A stretch of DNA of 64,000 nt, from contig JBNRMN010000034.1 of NCBI GenBank assembly GCA_050309605.1, positions 64,001-128,000 on the forward strand. The letters are read 5' to 3'. The translations under genes were made by a program, and so were the position numbers. The notes beneath the pieces were generated by a model. That model did not search any database, was not told where the DNA came from, and saw only the letters and a program-made list of their open reading frames with translations. Source of the stretch: Anaerohalosphaeraceae bacterium (GTDB lineage: Bacteria > Planctomycetota > Phycisphaerae > Sedimentisphaerales > Anaerohalosphaeraceae). How positions within the stretch are numbered: the stretch's first letter is position 1; the number at the start of each line of letters is the position of its first letter. Positions 39,514 to 50,326 of this stretch are shown here, piece by piece.

Positions 39514-41688
39514 TCATTGTTCCATTTCCGCCAGCGATTTTCTTGCCTTTTCCAGTCCGTCTTTGGCGTCCTGATTGTTCGGCTCGGCCCTGAGCCACAT
39601 TTGGTAATAGCGAATCGCATTTTGATAATCCCGACGCTCCATATAGACCTGCGTCAGGCCGCTCAGCGACGCTGTGGCGCCGGGTTGTGCGGCGACGGCC
39701 TTTTCCCACCAGCCAATCGCCTCGTCTTTGTTATCCTGACCGTGGGCAATCCAACCCAGTCCGTTCAGCGCCGCCGAATTCTTCGGGTTCAGTGAAACAC
39801 ACCTTTCAAATGAAAGTTTGGCGTTGGCGCGTTTGCCCTGATTGAGCTGCGCCCAGCCCAATCCCTGATACGCTCCATCACTGGTCGGATCGGCGGCGGC
39901 CGCTTCTTCAAACATCTTTTCCGCTTCGGCCAGCTTCCGCGCCTGCCATAGCGCCCAGCCTTCGGCGATTAAATCTTCGGCGCGCAGTTTATCCGGTTTA
40001 GACGGTTTTGCGGCAACGCTGTCCAGTTCGGTCAACTTTGTCAGCATCGTGATGGCCGCCTGGGCGTTTTGTTTGACAAGATCCTCTTTATCCTGCAGTG
40101 CCTGTTCCAGTACGGGCAGGGCTTTCGAATCGCCGAGCAGTCCGAGGGCATACGCCGCGCAGCGGCGGGCGTAGGCGTCTTCATCGTGCAGGGTCATCCT
40201 GGCAATCGCGTCATACGCATCGGAAACCTTGCTGCCGCCCAGGGTGATGGCGGCCATGCCGCGGGTGAAATTTTCCGGATGGCCGCACAGTTCCAGAAGG
40301 CCTTGTTCGGCTGCCGAGATGTCCGAAAACTCACCCTTCCAAAGAATGTAAATCGCCGACCGCCGAACGGTTGGCGATGCTTCGTCCAAGTAGGCGCTGA
40401 CCGCTGCGGTTACGGCCTCATCCGGAAGACCCTTAAGCGAGTCGAGCGATGTCTTTACCCTCGGATCGGTCTCGGCACACGTCGAAATCGTCAAAACGGC
40501 TTTTTCTACAACCGCTTTCAGTTTTTCATCACTGTAAAGATAGACCCCGTTTTCATCAATTCCGAAAGACAGTTCCACCGGGCCAAGCACATCGGCAAGC
40601 GCCTGGGCGGCGGGTTTGCCGGCAATGCGCAGCGGTGCGATATACCGGGTTCGCTGCGGATGGGCCAACTGGGCGGATTTGTCCCACTGATACGGCACGC
40701 CGGCCTCCTCGGCAATGGCAATCGCCGCATATTGAACCGTCAGCCGGTCGCCGTCAGGGCTTTGGGCCACATTGACCGTGATGGGTTGTTTGAGTTTCTG
40801 TCGATACGCTTCTGCTGTGTATTCAGGCGATGCAATTTGTATTAGTGCTACTTCTACTTCATCAAACCATACCGTTCCCGGCCCGTACATTTGCAGACCG
40901 ATGACAATGGTCTTTGTTTTTTCCGGGATATCGACCGTGCCCGCATACTTTTTCCAATCGTGGTCGGCAGGAGGGTCGCCCGGGTTTTTCGCTCCGATAT
41001 AGGCTGCCCATTGGTGCTTGATCCATTCGTCGTTATCATCCAGAAACAGCACATCCAAAACAGCCTTATAGGCCTGTTGGGCTCGCACTTTGGCGGAAAA
41101 TTCGATTTGGCCGGTATCGCCGACGTACTCAATCCTTCGCGTCCATTGGGCTATCGGGAAATAGCGTTCCGCCGTTTTCCTGAAGCCAAGGCTGGCTTTT
41201 CCGTCGCTGGCGACATGTTTGTCCCAGATATACTCCACGCCGTCGATGAACGCGCCTTTCTGCCAGCCGTCGGGTGCGCCATTGCCTTTTTCAAAACTGT
41301 CCTGCACGATGATGTGCCGAATCAATTCCGTTGTGTCCGGAGCAATGGCCTCAAGCTCTTTGGCGGCCCGCTCGGCCAGCGTTTTTTGAGAGGGAAACTC
41401 GTTGACGACTTTTTGGTAGTACTCGGCGGCCTTGGCGGTGTCGCCTTTTTTCTGGTAGCAGACGGCCAGTTGGAAGGCGGCGCGAGCCGCCAGCCGCTCG
41501 ACTTGGGCCGCCTCGGTCATCACTTGGCCGTACAGTTCGATGGCTTTGTCGAGATCGCCGGCGGTCTGTTCCTGATACTGGGCCTCCTGCAACAGGGTCA
41601 TCAGTTCTCTGGTCGGCCGGGGTGATTGAGCTAAACAGACCGCTGAAACAATCAGCAGCCCCACGATGAGCTGTTTTGTCTTTTCCAC
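39514..41688 (-). CDS. Exported multidomain protein (TPR, carbohydrate-binding-like beta domain, HEAT repeats, TPR)
   Basis: Signal peptide; TPR-like YQKVVNEFP; 'SFEKG..PDGW...G.VWFDEV' CBM-like segment; HEAT 'VRRSAI', 'RRCAAYALG'; C-terminal TPRs. GTG start with AGGAG RBS. Confidence 0.75.
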   Translation of the reverse strand: MEKTKQLIVGLLIVSAVCLAQSPRPTRELMTLLQEAQYQEQTAGDLDKAIELYGQVMTEAAQVERLAARAAFQLAVCYQKKGDTAKAAEYYQKVVNEFPSQKTLAERAAKELEAIAPDTTELIRHIIVQDSFEKGNGAPDGWQKGAFIDGVEYIWDKHVASDGKASLGFRKTAERYFPIAQWTRRIEYVGDTGQIEFSAKVRAQQAYKAVLDVLFLDDNDEWIKHQWAAYIGAKNPGDPPADHDWKKYAGTVDIPEKTKTIVIGLQMYGPGTVWFDEVEVALIQIASPEYTAEAYRQKLKQPITVNVAQSPDGDRLTVQYAAIAIAEEAGVPYQWDKSAQLAHPQRTRYIAPLRIAGKPAAQALADVLGPVELSFGIDENGVYLYSDEKLKAVVEKAVLTISTCAETDPRVKTSLDSLKGLPDEAVTAAVSAYLDEASPTVRRSAIYILWKGEFSDISAAEQGLLELCGHPENFTRGMAAITLGGSKVSDAYDAIARMTLHDEDAYARRCAAYALGLLGDSKALPVLEQALQDKEDLVKQNAQAAITMLTKLTELDSVAAKPSKPDKLRAEDLIAEGWALWQARKLAEAEKMFEEAAAADPTSDGAYQGLGWAQLNQGKRANAKLSFERCVSLNPKNSAALNGLGWIAHGQDNKDEAIGWWEKAVAAQPGATASLSGLTQVYMERRDYQNAIRYYQMWLRAEPNNQDAKDGLEKARKSLAEMEQ

Positions 41689-41828
41689 GATACGTCTCCT
41701 TTCGCACACTTAAGTAACAAAAACGGTTGATACTGAACAGCAAAATACCGCCTGTTTGTTACCGTTGTGTTACCAATTTGTCCTTTTTTGTGGAAATTTT
41801 CTTTTTTTATTCCGGCCCGGCAGCGAAT

Positions 41829-44800
41829 TCAGCCGCGAAAGAGTTTACGCAGCAGGGCCAGCAGGGTGGGCGGTTCGAAATAGTTTTTCTCCAGGCGCAG
41901 GTGGACGGTGCGGGCATCGGGGATGCGGACGGTGCCCGGCCAGCGGGCGAACAGGTCGGTTGCGTCGGCGCCGTCGGCAAAGGTGAAGATCACGTCCGGT
42001 TTTTGTACGATGATGCTCTGGATATTCCATCGGCTGGCCAGCAGACGAATGCGGGCCAGTTCAAGCGTCAGCGTCACCTGATCAGGCGCCGGACCGAACA
42101 GGTCGCGCAGCTCACGATTGAGCTGATCGATATCCTGGGGCCGCGGCGCCGTGGCCAGGCGGCGATACACTTCCATTCGCTGGCGGTCGGAGTGGATGTA
42201 ACGCTTGGGAATATAGGCGGCAAAGCCCGGATCAATGAGGGTCTGCGGCTCTTGTTCAATCGGTTCATTTTTCAGTCGCTTGACCGCCTCGCTCAGCAGC
42301 TTGCAATACAGCTCATAGCCGACGGTGTTGATATGGCCGGATTGTTCGGCGCCGAGGATGTTGCCCGCTCCGCGAATCTCCAGATCGCGCAGGGCAATGC
42401 GAAAACCGGCGCCAAGCTGGGAATATTCTTCAATCGCCTTAAGCCGTTTGCCCGCCACCGGCGAAACCGATCGCGCTTGCGGCAGCAGCAGCCAGGCATA
42501 GGCTCGATGCTTGTAGCGCCCCACACGGCCGCGAAGCTGATGCAGTTGGGCCAGCCCCATCCGGTCGGCCTCGCAGATGATGATGGTGTTGGCGTTGGGG
42601 ATGTCGATGCCCGATTCGATTATCGTCGAACAGACCAGCACATCGGTGTCGCCGGTCACAAAGCGAATCATGGCGTCTTCCAGTTCATGCTTGGGCATTT
42701 GTCCGTGCGCGACATCGATGCGAATGCGCGGGTCGCCAACGATTTCACGCAGCTTCCAGGCGGCTTGTTCGATGGTCTGGACACGATTATGCAGATAGAA
42801 CACCTGTCCGTCGCGGGCGGCCTCGGTAAGAATCGCCTTGCGGATAACATCCGGATCAAAACGGCAGACCCGCGTCATGACGCTGCGGCGATCCAAAGGC
42901 GGCGTCGAAAGCGAGCTGATATCGCGCAGCCCGATCAGCGACATATGCAGCGTGCGCGGGATGGGCGTGGCCGTCAGCGTCAGGATATCGACATTGACGC
43001 GAAAGCGTTTGAGCCGTTCTTTATGTTCAACGCCGAAACGCTGCTCTTCATCGATAATCAGCAGTCCCAAATCTTTCAATCCCACATCATCGCTGAGCAG
43101 GCGATGTGTTCCGATGAGAATATCAACTCGTCCCTGGCGTGCGGCTTCCAAAATCATCTGTGTCTCTTTGGGCGTGGTAAAGCGGTTGAGCACTTCCACA
43201 CAAACCGGAAAATCGGCGAACCGCTGACGAAAGGTCCGTCCGTGCTGGACGCTGAGTACCGTCGTCGGCACAAGAATGGCAACTTGCTTGCCGGCCTGTA
43301 CCGCCTTGAAGGCCGCCCGCATTGCCAGTTCCGTCTTGCCGTAACCCACATCGCCGCACAGGAGCCGATCCATGGGTTTATCGGAAGCCATATCGCGTTT
43401 GATGTCCGCGGCGGCGGTGATCTGATCAGACGTTTCCTGATAGAGAAATGATTCTTCAAACTCCTTTTGCCAGAGCGTGTCCGGCCCATAGTTAAATCCG
43501 CCGAGCTTGTCGCGTTTGGCCTGTGTGGCCAGCAGTTCGGCCGCCAGTTCTTCAACGCCCTGAGCGACCATTTGTTTTTGGCGTTCCCAGCGTTTGCCGC
43601 CGATTTTGCTCAGCGGCGGTCGCCTTGGCCCGGAGCCGATATATTTCTGCACGAGATGGATGTTGGACACCGGCACGTGAATCTGTATCTTGTCGGCGTA
43701 TTCGAGCGTCAGATACTCGGCCTTCGAATCGCCCTTGTCCATCGTTTTCATTCCGATGAATTTGCCGATGCCGTGCGTGATGTGTACGACGTAGTCGCCG
43801 CGCTGCAGATCCAGCACGTTGTCCACGGGCGAAACGCTGCTGATCCGCCGGACGCGACGCCGCACGGAAACCTGCCCGAACAATTCGTGATGGGTAATCA
43901 ACGCGGTGTTCAGCGATGTGATGATGAACCCCTGCCGGACAAACCCTCTTTTCAGATGCAGGGTGTCGGGGAGGTTGCCGTGTTCTCGCAAAATTTCGCG
44001 GACGCGCTGCATTTCGGCCTGATTTTCACAGTACAACAGCACGGTATGGTCCTGGGCAAAGGTCAGCAGTTCATCCAGCAGGGCGTGTCGATCCTTCCAC
44101 ACCGCGCCGGCCTTGTGCTCAAACTGTTGGGCGCTGGTCACGCCCAGATGGATATCGCAGTCGGCGCCGGTCGAAAACCGGCTGACCTCTAATCGAGCGA
44201 ATTGATCGGCGGTCTGATAGATGGCTGAGAACGGATACAGCCCCCGCGGATCATCCAGCCGATGCAAAAAGACATCCGACACCTCAGCCGCTTCAACGGG
44301 TTCCTCGAAGAACAGAATCGTATCCGGCGGCAGCAGATTCAGCATCAGTTCCGTTCCTTCCGGCTCCAGACGGGGCCGAGGAGCGACGACGGCCACCTGC
44401 CGAATGTTTCGGGCCGAACGCTGCGTATCCAGATCAATGATGCGCAGACTTTCAATCTGATCGCCGAAAAATTCGATTCGCACCGGCTCCGGCTCAGTCA
44501 GTCCCGGCGTGTCAAGATCATCGTCAGTCGAGGCGGCCACGGGCGAAAAGATATCAATGATCCCGCCGCGATGGGCGTACTGGCCCGGCATATCCACGCT
44601 GTCAGTTCGCTCAAAGCCCTGGTCGTTCAGCCAGGCAGCGACCCGTTCCGGCTCAATGGACTGGCCGACGGCCAATTCGAGCGTTTGTTGATGGAGCATT
44701 TCGACGCGGGGAATCGGCTGGTTCAGCGCCTGGATGCAAGTCGAGAGCATAAACGGCTCCGTTCGTCCGGTCCGGCGCATGGTATCGAGCCACATGGCCA

Positions 44801-45125
44801 GTCGAAGCCGCTGGGCGCCGATCTCATCGGTTGCATCGGACGGTTCATTTTCCCCTTCCCAGACTGGAAACGTCGGTACAAGCCCGCCGGCAAAGACCTG
44901 CAGATCGTCGGCGACATTATCTGCGTCGTCAATGTGCGGACTGATGTATAAGATCGGCCGATTCAGCGTGTGGCCAAGGTGTGCCGCCAGCAGGGGCGCA
45001 TACGATCCCCACGTCCCGTCGGCTTTAACAGCGGGTCGGCGGTCGCTTTTGGCAGTCAATCGCTCAAGGATCGACCGCACCGCGGCATCCTGCTCCAGGC
45101 AAATCGTTGCGTTGTGTTTGTCCAT
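41829..45125 (-). CDS. mfd: Transcription-repair coupling factor
   Basis: GDYVVH..HGIG, MDRLLCGDVGYGKTE, DEEQRFGV, ATPIPRTL, QLRGRVGR and DLEIRGAGN. Confidence 0.97.
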   Translation of the reverse strand: MDKHNATICLEQDAAVRSILERLTAKSDRRPAVKADGTWGSYAPLLAAHLGHTLNRPILYISPHIDDADNVADDLQVFAGGLVPTFPVWEGENEPSDATDEIGAQRLRLAMWLDTMRRTGRTEPFMLSTCIQALNQPIPRVEMLHQQTLELAVGQSIEPERVAAWLNDQGFERTDSVDMPGQYAHRGGIIDIFSPVAASTDDDLDTPGLTEPEPVRIEFFGDQIESLRIIDLDTQRSARNIRQVAVVAPRPRLEPEGTELMLNLLPPDTILFFEEPVEAAEVSDVFLHRLDDPRGLYPFSAIYQTADQFARLEVSRFSTGADCDIHLGVTSAQQFEHKAGAVWKDRHALLDELLTFAQDHTVLLYCENQAEMQRVREILREHGNLPDTLHLKRGFVRQGFIITSLNTALITHHELFGQVSVRRRVRRISSVSPVDNVLDLQRGDYVVHITHGIGKFIGMKTMDKGDSKAEYLTLEYADKIQIHVPVSNIHLVQKYIGSGPRRPPLSKIGGKRWERQKQMVAQGVEELAAELLATQAKRDKLGGFNYGPDTLWQKEFEESFLYQETSDQITAAADIKRDMASDKPMDRLLCGDVGYGKTELAMRAAFKAVQAGKQVAILVPTTVLSVQHGRTFRQRFADFPVCVEVLNRFTTPKETQMILEAARQGRVDILIGTHRLLSDDVGLKDLGLLIIDEEQRFGVEHKERLKRFRVNVDILTLTATPIPRTLHMSLIGLRDISSLSTPPLDRRSVMTRVCRFDPDVIRKAILTEAARDGQVFYLHNRVQTIEQAAWKLREIVGDPRIRIDVAHGQMPKHELEDAMIRFVTGDTDVLVCSTIIESGIDIPNANTIIICEADRMGLAQLHQLRGRVGRYKHRAYAWLLLPQARSVSPVAGKRLKAIEEYSQLGAGFRIALRDLEIRGAGNILGAEQSGHINTVGYELYCKLLSEAVKRLKNEPIEQEPQTLIDPGFAAYIPKRYIHSDRQRMEVYRRLATAPRPQDIDQLNRELRDLFGPAPDQVTLTLELARIRLLASRWNIQSIIVQKPDVIFTFADGADATDLFARWPGTVRIPDARTVHLRLEKNYFEPPTLLALLRKLFRG

Positions 45126-45273
45126 TAAAACAACAAGGATAATTCATCAGGCAAAGATATTCAAGAGGGCGACACGGCAAGAACAGTCTCAGGACAAGTT
45201 CTGTCTGAATAAATACAAATCGGTCGTCAGAAATCCGGAAAAGGAGTCGTGCATCAAGGTGTTAGTCTCTCTG

Positions 45274-46431
45274 CTATCGCCGCACAAATAAATTGCCTGC
45301 AAGCTGTTTGACCAATCCTTTTAACTGTAAGCTGACCGTCGCGGCATAAATTGTCCCGGCCGGCAGATCGGTTCGAGCGATCAGTTCTTCCAGATGCAGC
45401 GGACGGCCGTCAAAACACGCATAGACTTGACGTTCCGGATCACTGAGATTCAAATCGGATACATCAAACAGTGTTTTTTGTGCTTTTTTTTCTGCGATTT
45501 CAGCAGTCTGGACGGCGTGTTTTTTCAAATCCTGACCGATACAGCCCAGTGCGTCCATTAACTCCTCGATGCTATCTATCAGCCGCGCACCCTGTTTAAT
45601 CAATTTGTGCGAACCGGCACAAGATGGATTGTCAATCAGTCCGGGAACGGCCATCACTTCGCGATTATTGTCCAATGAGGCCTGCGCTGTAATCAGCGCT
45701 CCGCTGCTCAGGCCGGCTTCGACCACCAGTGTGCCCATGGCCAGCCCGGCGATAATGCGATTTCGTCCGGGAAAATTCTCTGACAGCGGCTCATAGGTCA
45801 GCGGCAATTCGCTGATGATGGCCCCGTTTTCGGCGATTTGCTCAAACAACGGCTTGTTTTCCGGAGGAAAGACGTGTGCCAATCCGCACCCTTGCACGAC
45901 GATCGTGCGTCCTTTGGCCGACAGCGCGCCGCGGTGGGCGGCCGAATCAATCCCGCGAGCGCCGCCGCTGACCACCGTAAAGCCGGTACCGGCCAAAAAA
46001 TGGGCAAACCGATTCGCCTGTTCCAGCCCGTATTGACTGCACCGCCGCGAGCCGACCACTGCCACGGCCAGACCGTCCTGACGCTGAACGGTTCCTTTGA
46101 CATACAGCACCGGCGGGGGGTCGTAGATTTGCCGCAGCGCCGCCGGATACCGCGGGTCGTCCAGACACATCAGCCACACGCCGTGTTTCGCGGCCAGATC
46201 CAGTTCCTTGGCCGTGTCAAACTGATCCCGCGAGCGCACGATGCGCTCGGCGGTTTTTTCACCGATGCCGTCCACTTTGGTCAGTTGTCGGACCGATGCG
46301 CCGAGTACGGCCTCGATTGAACCGAGTGTCTCGACCAGTTTGCGAAAGTTAACCGGGCCGACGCCGTCTGCGCGAATCAGCGAAAGCCATTTTTCGATGT
46401 CCGGTGAATGAGTTTGAGTCTGCAACGCCAT
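45274..46431 (-). CDS. dprA: DNA-processing protein DprA
   Basis: YP..L..I.DPP.VLY, VGSR, SGGARGID..AH, FPGRNRIIAG and SGALITA. Confidence 0.96.
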   Translation of the reverse strand: MALQTQTHSPDIEKWLSLIRADGVGPVNFRKLVETLGSIEAVLGASVRQLTKVDGIGEKTAERIVRSRDQFDTAKELDLAAKHGVWLMCLDDPRYPAALRQIYDPPPVLYVKGTVQRQDGLAVAVVGSRRCSQYGLEQANRFAHFLAGTGFTVVSGGARGIDSAAHRGALSAKGRTIVVQGCGLAHVFPPENKPLFEQIAENGAIISELPLTYEPLSENFPGRNRIIAGLAMGTLVVEAGLSSGALITAQASLDNNREVMAVPGLIDNPSCAGSHKLIKQGARLIDSIEELMDALGCIGQDLKKHAVQTAEIAEKKAQKTLFDVSDLNLSDPERQVYACFDGRPLHLEELIARTDLPAGTIYAATVSLQLKGLVKQLAGNLFVRR

Positions 46432-46590
46432 ATCCCCTTCATTTCAGGTCTTCAATTTCCCGAAAATGTATCGGTTTGACCCATTCCTGTCAATCCCAAA
46501 AATCAGTCGAACAAGAGGTTTTCTTTTGGCGTGGTCTCAAGTATGATAGAGTCTGTCGGGTATGGCGGCGATTGAAAAGGGCATGCAGCG

Positions 46591-46965
46591 ATGAAACAGA
46601 TTCGACAACGATTTGCGACAAACTGGGTTGGTTTTTGGGAAGATTGGAAGGTCTTGATGTTTGTGTTTTTCGTCGCATTGCTGGCCGATGCGGTCAGTAC
46701 GATGCATTTTATGCGATATGAAGGTGTCGAGGCCGAAATGCATCCCATCGTCAACCTGGTTTCCCGTTGGGTCGGACCGGTGTGGGGGCCGCTGATCGGG
46801 GCGCTGTCCAAAGCGGCGGCCGGCGTTATTGCCGCGGTCTATTTTCGACGGATTGCCGGATTTATCTTCGGGCTGAGCAGTCTCATCTCCGTCTGGGCGG
46901 CATGGTTTAACCTGTGGGGCTATCGCATGTATGAGCCGAATATTTATGTCTGGTGGCCGTTTTGA
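46591..46965 (+). CDS. Small membrane protein (DUF5658-like)
   Basis: Hydrophobic, with the D..ST.......E.(N/H)P pattern. Confidence 0.6.
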   Translation: MKQIRQRFATNWVGFWEDWKVLMFVFFVALLADAVSTMHFMRYEGVEAEMHPIVNLVSRWVGPVWGPLIGALSKAAAGVIAAVYFRRIAGFIFGLSSLISVWAAWFNLWGYRMYEPNIYVWWPF

Positions 46966-47056
46966 CGGCGGCTGATCAAGCCCTTTGCCGCAGCGCTGAG
47001 AATGCAGCAGATAGTCGTTTTTGGAGGTCGAAATATAATAATTGTGCTGACTGAAC

Positions 47057-47896
47057 GTGAGTGTTCCATTATTGAAGAACAAAGAACAACTTTCCATTCT
47101 GTTTGAAAACGATGATATTATCGTGATCAATAAGCCCACAGGCGTGTCGGTAACCGCTGATCGCACCGGTGCGGCCGATGTGCTGCAACTATTAAATGCT
47201 CAGCTTCAGCCGTCCGAACCGATTCGGCTGGTACATCGTCTTGATAAAGAGACATCCGGGGTGATGCTGCTGGCCAGACATCGCGACGCCCAAAGCCGCT
47301 ATTCGCGGTTGTTCGCCAAGCGGCTTGTCCGTAAACTGTATCTGGCGATTGTCAACGGTCCGGTCATTTCCGCGTTCGGTTCCATCAAAGATCCCATCGC
47401 CCGCAGCCGTCGCAATCCGCGTGCGATGCACATTCATCCGCGGCTGGGCAAGCCCGCCCATACCCTTTGGCGCCGACTGGCCGATTTCGGCGGCCCGACG
47501 CTTGTTGCCGCCCAGCCGATTACAGGTCGAACGCATCAAATCCGCATCCACTTTGCCCATCGCGGAATGCCGCTGACGATTGACCCGATGTATGGTCAGA
47601 CGGCTCCGCTGATGCTCTCGGCCTATAAACCAGGCTACCGCGGCAAATCGGGCCGTCCCGAATCGCCTTTAATTGACCGTCTGACGCTGCACGCCTACCA
47701 ACTGGCGGTTCCCATCGGCGAAGACGAGGACGCTGCTTCTCAGGTCTTGGTCGCGCTGCCCGACAAAAAATTTCTGGCCGCCGTCAAGATGCTGGCCAAA
47801 CACACCGGCTCGGCCGGCCGCGACGCGGCCTTTGATGACCCCCGTGATCTGGATCATATCCTTGCCGGTCGGCCTCTGGATTTCCTTGATCGGTGA
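47057..47896 (+). CDS. RluA-family RNA pseudouridine synthase
   Basis: NKP.G, VHRLDKETSG, TGRTHQIRIH and RL.LHA. Confidence 0.93.
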   Translation: MSVPLLKNKEQLSILFENDDIIVINKPTGVSVTADRTGAADVLQLLNAQLQPSEPIRLVHRLDKETSGVMLLARHRDAQSRYSRLFAKRLVRKLYLAIVNGPVISAFGSIKDPIARSRRNPRAMHIHPRLGKPAHTLWRRLADFGGPTLVAAQPITGRTHQIRIHFAHRGMPLTIDPMYGQTAPLMLSAYKPGYRGKSGRPESPLIDRLTLHAYQLAVPIGEDEDAASQVLVALPDKKFLAAVKMLAKHTGSAGRDAAFDDPRDLDHILAGRPLDFLDR

Positions 47897-47949
47897 GAGG
47901 GGCACTTTTATCCTTTGTTCTTTGTCTGTTTTTGTTATAATCATGGACG

Positions 47950-48669
47950 ATGCGACTGAAATTTATTACCTGCAAGGTGCTCCAGAAAGAGGCCTATTGG
48001 TGCGCGTCCCGGAGTGCCCATATCGTTGATGTTGTGCTGATGCCGCAGGGTTTGCACAACACGCCGGACGTGTTGCGCCGTGAGGTGCAGTGTGAATTGA
48101 ACCGTTCCGCCGACCTCTCAGGTCAACCCTATGACGCCATGCTGCTGGGGTACGGCCTGTGCAGCAACGGGGTGGCGGGCTTAACCGCGTCCATTCGAAC
48201 GGTTGTGCCTCGCGGTCATGACTGTATTACGCTGCTGCTCGGCTCCAGAGAACGCTACCAGACGTATTTTGACAGTCATCGCGGTGTCTATTGGTACAGC
48301 TCCGGCTGGATCGAAACCGGCACGATGCCCGGCAAAGAACGCTGCGAGCGGCTGCTGGCCGAATACACCGACAAATACGGCCCGGACAACGCCCGCTACC
48401 TGATGGAGGCCGAGCAGACGTGGATGAAGGAATACAACTGGGCGACCTACATTGATTGGCATCTGCCCGGCAGCGACGAGCAGAAGGCCTATACCCGACG
48501 CTGTGCGGATTATCTGGGGTGGCGGTTTGATGTGATCCAAGGCGATTCGGATTTGATGCAGCGGCTGGTGGACGGCCGATGGGACGAGCGGGATTTTCTC
48601 ATTGTGGCTCCCGGACAAACCCTCATAGACGACCTGACAAGCGCCTGTCTGATGCGGGCACAAAAGTAA
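47950..48669 (+). CDS. DUF1638-family Cys-containing protein
   Basis: I.C.V, GLHN.P..L, LLGYGLCSNG and HDCITLLLGS pattern. Confidence 0.8.
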   Translation: MRLKFITCKVLQKEAYWCASRSAHIVDVVLMPQGLHNTPDVLRREVQCELNRSADLSGQPYDAMLLGYGLCSNGVAGLTASIRTVVPRGHDCITLLLGSRERYQTYFDSHRGVYWYSSGWIETGTMPGKERCERLLAEYTDKYGPDNARYLMEAEQTWMKEYNWATYIDWHLPGSDEQKAYTRRCADYLGWRFDVIQGDSDLMQRLVDGRWDERDFLIVAPGQTLIDDLTSACLMRAQK

Positions 48670-49640
48670 TGAATATGAATTCTCCGTATGCGACAACCCT
48701 TCCGGTGATGATTCTGCTGACGGCGGCAGGGACGGTGCTGCTGTTTGAGGGGTATGTGCTGGGGCGATGGCTGTGGCTGACATTTCATCGCAAAACAAAG
48801 CCGCCCATACGGCGTTTCCATGTGCTGATCCATAGCCTCGTCCTGACGGGGCTGATGTGCGTGCTTTACGCGGTGCTGATCGAACCCTATTGGCCGCAAG
48901 TTACCGTTGTTCGGCTGGAAACGTCCAAGCTGCAAAATACCGTTCTGCGCATTGTGCAGATTTCCGATTTACACTGCGATGCCAAACCGCGGCTCGAGCC
49001 GCGCCTGCCGGAACTGGTCAACGGGCTGGATCCTGATCTGATTGTCTTTACCGGCGATGCGGTCAATTCGCGTGACGGTCTTGAATTGTTTCAAAAGACG
49101 CTGGCCGCGATGACCGCGCCGCTGGGCAAATTCGCCGTACGCGGCAACTGGGATTACCGTATCACGGCCGATCTGTTTGACGGGACCGGCTTTGAGCCGC
49201 TGCCGCTGAAGGCCCTACGGCTGGAAAAGGACGGCGAGGCGGTGATGGTGTGCGGGATTGACTATCACTTCGGCCGTGTCAGTCAACAAGCGCTCGGTCA
49301 GCTTGATTCGGATACGTGGAATGTCCTGCTTTATCACAGCCCCGACCTGATTGATTATCTTGATAATCAGCCGGTCGATTTGTTTTTGTCCGGCCATACG
49401 CATGGCGGACAGGTGGCCTTGCCGTTTTACGGCGCGCTGGTGACAATGAGCCGTCATGGTAAGACCTATGAAGCGGGACGTTATACCGTCGGCGATATCA
49501 CACTTTACGTCAATCGGGGAATTGGAATGTGCGGCATTGGCCCGCGCGTTCGATTCTGCGCCCGTCCGGAGATTACCCTCTTTGAAATTTATCCGGCTGA
49601 CACTATGCCGTCTGAAACGGATGATCCCTTACATAAGTGA
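48669..49640 (+). CDS. Membrane-anchored metallophosphoesterase (YkuE/YaeI-like)
   Basis: SDLH, TGD, GNWD, H.P, SGHTHGGQ and VNRGIG; TAATG overlap with the upstream gene. Confidence 0.9.
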   Translation: MNMNSPYATTLPVMILLTAAGTVLLFEGYVLGRWLWLTFHRKTKPPIRRFHVLIHSLVLTGLMCVLYAVLIEPYWPQVTVVRLETSKLQNTVLRIVQISDLHCDAKPRLEPRLPELVNGLDPDLIVFTGDAVNSRDGLELFQKTLAAMTAPLGKFAVRGNWDYRITADLFDGTGFEPLPLKALRLEKDGEAVMVCGIDYHFGRVSQQALGQLDSDTWNVLLYHSPDLIDYLDNQPVDLFLSGHTHGGQVALPFYGALVTMSRHGKTYEAGRYTVGDITLYVNRGIGMCGIGPRVRFCARPEITLFEIYPADTMPSETDDPLHK

Positions 49641-50206
49641 GTATGTTTGAACTGCTGACTATTTCCGGCATTGGTATCGGCCTGGCGATGGATGCGTTTG
49701 CGGTGTCGATTGTCTGCGGGGCGGTCTTTCGCCGGCTGGGTGTTCTGCACGCGCTGCGAATGGCCTTGTTCTTCGGTGCCTTTCAATCGCTGATGCCGCT
49801 GTTGGGATTTTTCGCCGGCAGGGCCTTCGAAGGCGTCGTTGGTGTGTATGATCATTGGGCTGCTTTTGTGCTGCTGGCCCTTGTCGGCGGGAAAATGATT
49901 TACGAAGGATTCAAGATTGAAGAAGTCGAAAAAAAGCCCGCCGATCCGTCCAGCCTGTTGGCCCTGTTGGTCTTGAGCATTGCCACAAGCATCGACGCCC
50001 TGGCCGTCGGTGTAACCCTGTCGCTGCTGACGCATTCCATTGGGCTGGCCGTGAGCCTGATCGGTCTGATTACCTTTATCCTGTCCTATGCAGGTTACGT
50101 CATCGGCAAGCGGGCCGGCCATTTTTTTGAGAACAAAATTGAAATTATCGGCGGCCTGATTCTGATTCTCATCGGGTGTAAAATTCTGCTTGAGCATCTC
50201 TTTTGA
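49637..50206 (+). CDS. mntP: Manganese efflux pump
   Basis: GLAMDAFAVS, DHW.AF.LL and ATSIDALAVG. Confidence 0.92.
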   Translation: MSMFELLTISGIGIGLAMDAFAVSIVCGAVFRRLGVLHALRMALFFGAFQSLMPLLGFFAGRAFEGVVGVYDHWAAFVLLALVGGKMIYEGFKIEEVEKKPADPSSLLALLVLSIATSIDALAVGVTLSLLTHSIGLAVSLIGLITFILSYAGYVIGKRAGHFFENKIEIIGGLILILIGCKILLEHLF

Positions 50207-50326
50207 CGATAACGTCTTTCCGCAAATCACTTCTTTCTTGTCGAAAATATGCTTGTTTGCGGCCTGGTTGTGTGTTATAAGGCCTTCTTTACGCCGGTTG
50301 TTCACCTTTTCACAGGAGATTTCGCT

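Noticed and set aside
41727..43451. Long antisense ORFs (574 aa opposite mfd, and similar ones opposite GH78, priA and the dehydratases)
   Set aside because: Expected shadow frames in GC-rich coding DNA, with no motifs.
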